This document shows, one piece after another, positions 54,913-64,000 of a stretch of 64,000 nt of DNA (its first letter is position 1; the number at the start of each line of letters is the position of its first letter). A program made the position numbers and the translations under genes. The DNA lies in the NCBI GenBank assembly GCA_951406725.2, contig OX597814.1, forward strand, positions 89,466,001 through 89,530,000. The letters are read 5' to 3'. The stretch comes from Octopus vulgaris (taxonomy: Eukaryota). Under the pieces are notes generated by a model. That model had not been told where the DNA came from. It was given only the letters and a program-made list of their open reading frames with translations, and ran no database searches.

Positions 54913-55338
54913 GTCTATATTTATTTGCATGTATGTATAGATAAGCAATTAGGGATAAAAATATAGTTAGAGAGACAGGGCGAGAGAGTGAGGAGAAGGA
55001 AAAGGAAGAAAAGGGAATTATTGAAGCCAACTTGCATAAAACACTTCTCGGTAGTAAATATTGATGGCAAAACGAACATTTGACATTAAGATGACGTGAA
55101 TCTCTTCAGAGAGTACAATATTGGACAATTAACCGTTTAATATGAACAATAAAATATGTCTTCCTATCAGAGATTACTGTAAAATATCAAATAAATATAA
55201 TTCCATGACATATTTTATACAAATGCCTTATGGAATTGTAAAGCTTATTTTCGTATCATCATATATTGGTCACAATGTTCGATGAGATTATGCTCTTTCT
55301 GCTCTCCCACTTTTGATTTTCCTCAGTCTCCATGCTTC

Positions 55339-55387
<49 letters not shown>

Positions 55388-55439
55388 ATACACGCACACA
55401 CACACACACAGACGCCCGCGCGCACGCAAACATACATAC

Positions 55440-55582
55440 ACGACGGTCTTGTTTACGTTTCCGTCTACCAAATCCACTCACAAGACTTTGGTCGGCCTAA
55501 GGCTATGGTAGAAGACACACAGTGGGACTGAACCTGTTGTGGTTGGCAAACAAGCTTCTTATCACACAGCCACGCCTGCACC

Positions 55583-55585
<3 letters not shown>
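55440..55585 (-). mobile_element. SINE family B, 5' half
   Basis: GTTTCCGTCTACCAAATCCACTCACAAG. Confidence 0.75.
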
Positions 55586-55633
<48 letters not shown>

Positions 55634-56038
55634 ATCACTCTCATTGTGAAATGGCATGTTCTTATATTCCCGTATAAAATAACACGCTTGTGTTTTTCCC
55701 TCCAGTAGACGAAAATTTTGAAAACTCAATCTTCTCAGAAATTCGGTGTCGTTCAGATTAGGCTTAGGGTAAGGTAAATGTTTGCTAGAAAATCTCATGT
55801 GTGTGTGTGTGCGTGTGTGCGTGTGTGTGCGTGCGTGTGTGTGTGTGTGTGTAGTGTGTATGGTGGAGTGTTAAATATTAGAGAGTTATTCTGCTGGTTT
55901 TGGAGTGAAAGGTCAAGGGAAAATGTTTTGAGCTGGGCTTGAAAGTTGAGACCAAGAGAAAATACCTGGGAGAGAAAAGATGGATGGACGTCGTCTGATT
56001 GATATGCAGTTAGCCCATGAAGAAGATGAAACACTAAT

Positions 56039-56039
<1 letters not shown>

Positions 56040-56113
<74 letters not shown>
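56040..56113. repeat. (AAT)n microsatellite
   Basis: Direct reading. Confidence 0.97.
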
Positions 56114-56115
<2 letters not shown>

Positions 56116-56339
56116 TGTTTTACTTCCCAGAACGCTCGATCTTGTTTGCTCTGGTTGATTCTGTATGAGCGGAAAGCAGCCTGTTGTCAGATGTCTCACA
56201 GGGTCTCTTTCTGCACGATTATAAGCTTTGATACTTGGTTGTTAATTATAGTGGAAGACAGTCAACATCCAAGTACCAGTCTCAAAATTCTAGCTGTCCC
56301 CAGATTTATTTATCTTAAATCCCCCTTGCTCTGCTTTTA

Positions 56340-56960
56340 ACGTATGTTATACGACGATTCCAGTCCCTGCGACTGATGCGCCAAAAGAACAAGCATACAG
56401 TGGACGCAAGAGCAGGTGCTAGACTTTGCCTCATATTCCAAAGAAGTTTAAGACATGCAAAGAAAGATAGACAGGCTAGAAGTGGTAGCGGGAAAATTGG
56501 TCCGAAGGTTAACGTTTGAAAGACAGATATAGTGAAAGGTAAGAACGATGACTCTTGGCTCTGACTAAGTTGAAAATAACCTGTTCAATGAAGTGCAGTG
56601 TTTAACGTATTTAGGAAGTGAGCGTAGCATCCGCAAATGGAGATAAAAGAAAACGAAGCGAGATGTGGAAATGTGAGTCAAGTCTTTAACATCCGATGTG
56701 TATTTTCATAAATTCCGAGTGGTCAAAAATTCGCGGGACAATGAGTGGGAAGGGGTAGGTCATAAGTTTAGAAACCTGAGAAATGTAGGATTGAAACCCA
56801 GAAAGGCAAAGGAAATCAGGCCACCTGAGGACCACCTAGTAGAAATGAGCTGAAGAGAGATTGAAGACGAATGAGATGACATCGAACCAAGTGGAAAGGA
56901 AAGCACATAACTCCTTGGGAGACTGCTGTGGAGAACTTACGTTCTACCAGGTATTCAGCA
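56340..56960 (+). mobile_element. Old RTE-like LINE relic
   Basis: Peptides DMQRKIDRLEVVAGKIGPKVNV and NEVQCLTYLGS match RT thumb-region motifs. Confidence 0.65.
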
Positions 56961-58559
56961 GGTCATGTTAAGGTGTTAGTTTAATGGAATGGTTAAATGA
57001 TGGACTAAATGAGACTATTTAGTTTTGACTGTCTACGTTTTCAATCCAACTCCCCTCAAGGCTAACTCCGCCATTTACACACATCCCGATTGATTTGATG
57101 AAATATGTAACAGTGGCATTATAGACTTGAATTAATTGACTTCCCCCATCTCCCTACACAGTAAACAAAACAAATCACTCTGATATTCAGATGACTGTTG
57201 AAAGATGTGGCTAAAACTGACAAAACGCCAGAAATATGTCGCCCATTTTAACACAGCAATCTGGTCATTGGATACTTTTACTAGAGTTCACTCTGTTGCG
57301 GTCACGCCAAACTTCCGGTCTGAAGATAACCTCCCTCTTTCCCCCACTAGTTTCAGAGGCTTCCTCCAAAACAATTAATGGGTGCTATATTTTCTACCTG
57401 ATTAAGTAATTAAAAGATAAAACAAAACAGATTTCCCTCGAAGTGATTTTTGCCTGTTGTTATTTCTTAGTCGTTAAGGATGGTTGGATTGGTCGGAATC
57501 GTGAAAGCGTCTGAAATATTTTATGTTATTTGTTCCGACTCATTACATTCTGAGTTAATGTTTTGTTGAAGCCAACTTTGTCTTTCAACTTTCCGGGCCG
57601 ATAAAATAAAGTAATAGTCAAGTGCCAACCTCGGTGACATCGACTAACCCTTTGCCCACAAATAATCGTCGGCTTTGTGCCTAGATAAGAAACCTTTATT
57701 TCATAGGTGCTAAGTGTGGCTGGACCATCGGAATCATTAGAGCGTCAGAAAAAATTGCCTTCCGTTAGTTGTTCTGGCTCCCTATGTTGTGAGTTCAAAT
57801 CCCATAAAAGTTAACTTTGTCTTTTATCCCTCCGGAGTCGATAATAATAACCCTTCCCCTCAAAAACTGCTGGTCTTGTACATGAATTAGAAACGAATAT
57901 TTCTTATACGTTAACATACGGAAAGAGCATTTCTAAGTTTGGTTCCCTCTAAATTTATTCATCACATTAACCTATAATTTTGGACGTTGTTGAGTTCTCA
58001 GAGCATTCAAATTTCTTTTAATATGCTTCTATACTTTTTTTAGTTTGATATACTGTTTCTGAATTGTTTTTGTCTTACATCAGATTTTTAAAACGAACTG
58101 TAATTACCAAAATAAACGGTAACAGATGGGATTCCTTCTGATTTTGCTTTTAACTTTACATAGCATTTATCTCGTTTCAATCACCCGATATAATTGACCA
58201 TCATATTAATGTCCCAACTGTTTAGAAGATTTTTCTTCCATTAACGCAATGTCATGAAGAAAACGTTCACCTTGCCTTTTACTAAACTTGTCAGATATTT
58301 CTGGATAACAGTAAAGTTGAATGTGTAGAATGCATTAACTGGTTCTTGTGTAGTTTAGCCTCAGTCCTATACTAATCGAACAGAAGTATGATCAAACACC
58401 TTGACTTTGCTGACGTATATTAATTTAATACTATCTAAAGTGTCTTTCTCCTGTTTTAAAAGCTTGAGTGTTATGTAAGGGGGATTTTTGCTGCTTCCAC
58501 TTCCATGCCACTAGGGGCTTTCTCGCTGGTTTAGATTTAAATGATTACTGTACATCTAA

Positions 58560-59226
58560 TATTGGTTTCAAATTTTGGCACAAAGCAAGCAAGTTCGGTG
58601 GAGGAGGCTAAATCGATTATATCGACCCCAGTTCTTGACTGGTACTTATTTTATCGACCCCGGAAAGATGAAAGGCAAAGCCAACCTCAACGGAATTTGA
58701 ACTTAGAACGTGAGGATGGACGAAATGCCACTAAGCATTTTGTCCCGGCGTGCTAACGATTCCACCAGCTCGCCGCCTTAGTACCAGCTAATATTAGACG
58801 CACAGGAAGGCGGCGAACTGGCAGAATCGTTTGCACACCAGGCGAAATGCTTAGTGGTATTTCGTCTGCTGCTACGTTCTGAGTTCAAATTCCCCCGAGG
58901 TCAACTTTGCCTTTCATACTTTCGGGGTCGATTAAATAAGTACCAGTTACGCACTGGGGTCGATGTAATCGACTTAGTCCCTTTGCCTGTCCTTGTTTAG
59001 CCTCTTGTGAGCAATAAAAAAAATAAGAATCATCAGCACGCCGGACAAAGTGTTTAGCGGCATTTCGTCGGTTTTTACGTTCTGAGTTCAAATTCCACAG
59101 AGGTCGACTTTGCCTTTTATCTTTTCGGGGTCGATAAAATAAGTACCAGTTAAGCACTAGGAGGATTGATGTAATCGATTTGACCCCTACCATGAATATG
59201 CTGGCCTTGTGCCAAAATTTGAAATC
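58560..59226. mobile_element. SINE family A cluster: one minus copy head-to-head with two plus copies
   Basis: Minus 58560-58779; plus 58808-59020 and ~59025-59226. Confidence 0.85.
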
Positions 59227-59234
59227 AATACTGA

Positions 59235-59415
59235 CTGGCACTCCGTCGAGTACGACAACGAGTGTTCGAAATGATCCGATCAACGGAACAGCCTTCTCGT
59301 GAAATTAACGTGCTGAGCGTACCCTTAACATAGTTCTCAGGGAGATTCAGTGTGACACAGAGTGTGATAAAGCTGGCCCTTTGAAATCCGGATACAGCAC
59401 ATTTTTGCCAGTCAC
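59235..59415 (-). mobile_element. SINE family C 3' part
   Basis: GCACTCCGTCG...GATCCGATCAACGGAACAGCC. Confidence 0.75.
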
Positions 59416-61029
59416 TAATATGAATCAACATAAAACATATTGTTCTCAAATCTATTATCACTCCTTAGTTTTCTGGTTTGTAATTCAGCAAAAATATCAA
59501 CCCATAATTTTGTTTCTGTAACAGTTTAAAAAAAATGTTCGTCGCCAGGTAACTTTTTGTGCAGTGAGAAGAAAATAACATCTCTTTAAATTAAAAAAAG
59601 AGAACTGCAATACCATTTCAACACATTTCTTAACGACCAGTTTTTTTTAAGTGTAAAAAGACTTATGTATGTTTAGTTATTTCTTAAATGTCGAAATATG
59701 GAAATTTTATAAAATATATTGAAGAAGAAATAATCAGCCTCTAGTATCATATTCTATTTTTATTTCAAGCTGTGTAAGGTAACATATTGGTTGAATCGTT
59801 AGACTGTCAGATAGAATGCCTTGTGATATTTGCTCTAGTTCTCTGCACTCGCAGTTCAAGTCCTACTTAGGTCAGATTTGCTTTTCGTCTGTTCAGGGTT
59901 GATAAGTAAAACACCTGCTCAATATAGGGCTTCGACTGCTTTCTCTCTTTTTCAAAGTTGTCTGTTGTTAGACTTGTATAAGGAGTGGCTTCACTAAGTT
60001 TAAAATGTACCCTTACAACCCCTTTTCCCCTAAAATAACTCATATGTTATGATGGTACCCTTGGAACTCACCGAGGAATTGCGGGCTCAAGGAGAGAAGG
60101 ATTTAAAATGTGACCGTGATTGCGTGGGCTTAGTTTCCATTTTAGCCAATCCCGCCGAGCTGATGAAAAAGCAGGTCCCTTAACCTGTTAGAAGTAGTAG
60201 TTAATGATCCTTAAATCACATCTGACCACCTAAAATATATTTTACTCTGATATACATGTAAAAAAGATGGGATAGTGCAGTTATATTGTTTCTTTTCATA
60301 GGTCTTTTCGATGAAAGCTGATCTGGGTTTAAATTGCCACCACCTACATAAGTCCAGTCTAAAATATTTCTTAATAACCTGGTTTCAATTCTCTCTTCCT
60401 CACGCTTATAAATTCATCTGCAGCTCTCCTAGCTGACAGCAATTGTTCGACTACTTCACGTTCAATATTGAGAGCTTCAGTTACAACTCATATCTATTCG
60501 CAGATTTTATCCTTAGTACCTTCAGTACACAATAACTCTTCATAGTTGCCGTTCGCTTCTTAATACAACTCTGCAAGCTTACCAAAGAACGAGCTTCTTT
60601 GTGATCACACTGTCTACAAGAAATAATAGACAAATATTTATCAAATCAATGTCACCGTCTTTAAAAGCCAAAAAACTCATTAGATAATGTAGTACAAGAT
60701 ATCCTTAAAAAGATAGGATTGTTACTGCTAACGTACCTTTGCTCATAATGGTTTTTAAATCAATGGTTTTTTAAATAAAAGACATTGAAAACAACGACAG
60801 CAATAACATAAATATCAAGAACATTGTTGGCGTAGATGCCGAAACTGTCTTCACTTTGTGCAGTTTGAAATAGTTAATATCCTTATTTGTACTTCAGATC
60901 GACATGCCGAATAACAAAGCAATTTTGAGTCCATTTCTGGACTCCTCAACCAGACGGTTATCGCGATCCCTGCGCTGAGCTTCCCGTCAAATCACAGCCA
61001 AATCAAAACACACCACTTTACATCTTCAA

Positions 61030-62198
61030 ACTGAACAACAACTCTTGTATTTTGAACATTCTAGTTGGTATTGAAGTCTGATAACTGGTCGGAGCCCTGC
61101 ATGGCTTATGGCGACTACCCTTGAGAAAAAATATGCTTTAACTGAGATTCATCCAAGAGGGCTAAAGTATGCTACATTATCACATCTACTCAGTTAAAGT
61201 CCATAATAGAAGATGACTCACAGTCGACAGTCGGTTCACAAGCATATGTACGTAAGTAAAGATTAGTGTCTACAACTCATTGATGAAATTACCAACGACC
61301 AAAGAACCTACAAAACGCACCCAGGAAATTAAGGGATGTCTTCCTGCATCCCACATTTGCAATCTTTTGTTTCACAAGTTGTAACTAGATCTGTGGTAAC
61401 CCTCTCACCTCAAAAATTGCAGCTGTATCTAAAGGAGCAATACTGTTAAACCTGTCGACCACTTGCACTATGTTCTTCATTTCAACATCTCATAAGTTAT
61501 GGTTAACAACAGTAAAAAAATAAAACACTTATAATTTCGTCGCCGCATTGTCACCCTTGTCATAATCATATAATTAATCCTACCGCTTTTGTCCAGTGAT
61601 TTCTAATACAGCGTTTACTGGATTTCTAAACTACATTTTGCAAGTCGAAATTCTATTTTGAACCTCACATTTTCCTTATTGTATATTGGCACAGTACTTC
61701 TCGTAAGAAAAGAGCAAACCCATCTCTAAAGCAGCCTGTAAATATTGAAAAGTAACAGACTACTTAAGTCAACATGTGCTATCCCGAAACAGAAACTCGT
61801 GTTTGCAGCTGTCCACCTGTTCACCAAAAATGAAAAAGAAACAGATTCTATTTTCCTTTATGTTATACTAATTCTTGAGAATTCTTGAGTCATGAAATCA
61901 TTTACCTTTTCTTCTTAGAATTGGATCCAATTGCTGCCAGGAATTTTTTTTTACTGTATATCGAAACGAAGATAATTTCAATATATCAGGAATTTTTCTT
62001 GTATGGTATTTGTTATACCTTTATTCGTGTTGGTTAATATAATTATGACAGTTTTACACATTTCAAACTTGTTCAACAACAAAGCGGAAAAAGTATTTTG
62101 TGAAAGCAAACTTTTTGGTCTTTTCATTAATAAAGAGTGGGGAGGACAAAATTTCCCTATTTTTCTTTGGGTTGGTATTTGTAATTTTGAGAACCACG
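61030..62198 (-). mobile_element. Decayed hAT (Charlie/Buster-like) element
   Basis: Minus strand starts CCGTGGTTCTCAAA (hAT-type end). Contains TYACE, matching the hAT dimerisation motif TYLCE, followed by RVAIS. Confidence 0.5.
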
Positions 62199-62830
62199 GC
62201 CTAAGTAAACTACTTGTTGTTAAGTTTAACCACATACACTCACTCCTTTACAGATGCTATCACCTATCACTCCTCCTTAACCAACCGGACCGACACAAAT
62301 ATCATGCACACACACAACCAAGGTACTTTCCGTTAGACATGCACTGATTTCACGAGAAGCTTCCAAGCTTTGGCTGGGGATCGATAGAGTTACCGGAAAA
62401 AAAAAACACCTTGTGGTGGTTTGGCAGGGTTTTTAACGTTCTGAGTTCAGTCCCAGCCGAAGATAGTTTAGTCTTTCATCGTTCTGGGATCGATGAAATA
62501 AATATTAGTCTAGTAGTGGGATCGATAACATTGGTTAAAGCCAACAATTGTTGTCTTTTGACTAAATTCCAAATCGTTATTCAATATAAAAGAAGTAGCA
62601 GAAACATTATATTGTAGAACTTAGTGCCTCGCAGTATTTAGTTCTGTTTTTCCTTTCAAGTTCTGAATTCAAAACCCACCAAGGTCGATTTTGCCTTTCG
62701 TCGTTTTCGGGTCAATAAATAAGCAGCGGTCATGTAGTGCGGTCAAGAAAATCGGCAGCTTCCGTTTCCCAAATTTGAGATCATATGCTAGAATTAGAAA
62801 TCCATGGTTATTCAATACAATCAAACTAAT

Positions 62831-62960
62831 CTTCTTCTTCTTCTTCTTCTTCTTCTTCTTCTTCTTCTTCTTCTTCTTCTTCTTCTTCTTCTTCTTCTTC
62901 TTCTTCTTCTTCTTCTTCTTCTTCTTCTTCTTCTTCTTCTTCTTCTTCTTCTTCTTCTTC
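62831..62960. repeat. (CTT)n microsatellite
   Basis: Direct reading; source of the poly-K/F/E ORFs. Confidence 0.98.
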
Positions 62961-63139
62961 AGTAAACAACAGTACAGAACAGATGAAAATATCCATACTG
63001 ATGCACATGGACTGTTCACACATACACATATATGTAACATAAGTATTCGTATATCTATTTCTGAAAATGCAGACCTACCTAACTACCCTGTATTGTTCAA
63101 CGTTGTTGTCGACGCTACATTTCACTCAAAATTTCTCTC

Positions 63140-63700
63140 CTAAAGGTGGCGCCTGCGTATATGGATATTAATAACAAAGTGACTCTGGTTCAATCTCTCC
63201 CTGTCTCACTTCAAAAACATATATTCTTCCTCAATCTATTTTCAACTTCGTCTTAGCAACATCTATTCGACCATATCTCTTCCAGCATCGACGAAATCTA
63301 TCTCACTTCCCTCCTCTCCGACGACATTGCACTTGGTGACTTTAACGCTCAGAACTCATGTTGCCTTTCACAGTTATCTCAGACCAAAGCCACCGGTGCA
63401 GGTCTCAAATCTTTCGCAGTTTAAATTCTCTATGCCAAAACTTCCATCCCCTACACGCAAGCATAACCGATGCTCAGACGCTCACACAACGTTGGTAGCA
63501 TTCTTACCTCCGTAATTAACAACTATCATACTATCATCATCACATCCCCTGCCGGGTCGTCTAATTACTGTACGTCATCGCAAGAACCCAACACAATACG
63601 CGTTATTAGGATATATGGCACATGCAATTACAGGTCCACGATTCCTACGCCGTCTGTGGTAACACAACTGGTTCAATCATAAACAGCTAAGGAGGTGACT
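63140..63700 (+). mobile_element. LINE AP-endonuclease relic
   Basis: DDIALGDFNA motif at ~63320-63350; the rest is heavily decayed. Confidence 0.5.
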
Positions 63701-63783
63701 CAAATGCTTTCAGAAAACCTCTAATTCTATAAATTGATTGGCATTTGCGAGCACTGCAACTCCTACTACATTTTCTCTGTTTC

Positions 63784-63784
<1 letters not shown>

Positions 63785-63864
<80 letters not shown>

Positions 63865-63910
63865 CATCCATCCATCTATGCATACTCACACAGCAAACAC
63901 ACACATATGC

Positions 63911-63958
<48 letters not shown>

Positions 63959-64000
63959 GCATACATATATACACACACATATATATATATACATATATAT
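63785..64000. repeat. (CTAT)n and (TA)n microsatellites
   Basis: Direct reading. Confidence 0.95.

Noticed and set aside
62003-62347. Hydrophobic ORF resembling a membrane-protein exon
   Set aside because: Lies antisense within and across the end of a decayed hAT element, with an in-frame stop just upstream.
62669-63143. Poly-K, poly-F and poly-E ORFs
   Set aside because: Translations of the (CTT)n tract.

Overview
AT-rich, repeat-dominated animal genomic DNA with no confidently identifiable protein-coding gene. The SINE families and microsatellite load point to an octopus or related cephalopod (inference). Almost all listed ORFs are microsatellite, SINE or decayed-transposon artefacts. Supported content: many copies of about four tRNA-derived SINE families, two mariner relics (one full length with TIRs and TA duplication), decayed L1/Tx1-like and RTE-like LINEs, hAT MITEs and a hAT transposase relic, a Helitron-like element, and long microsatellites. 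The main finding is a set of non-coding retroelements carrying minimal type I hammerhead ribozyme (HHR) motifs. Three are fold-back insertions (6138-6859, 18093-18612, 21843-22263) with one architecture: a 10-12 bp target duplication, two inverted arms whose HHR-sense strand points outward, and a 30-50 nt extra tail on one arm. One has a circularly permuted unit of about 350 nt (retrozyme-like), one is a tRNA-headed SINE with an HHR tail, and one folds back inside the ribozyme's palindromic stem III. Further HHR-like motifs lie at 2689-2723, 42249-42318 and 38171-38220. All alignments and folds were done by eye, and boundaries of decayed elements are approximate.
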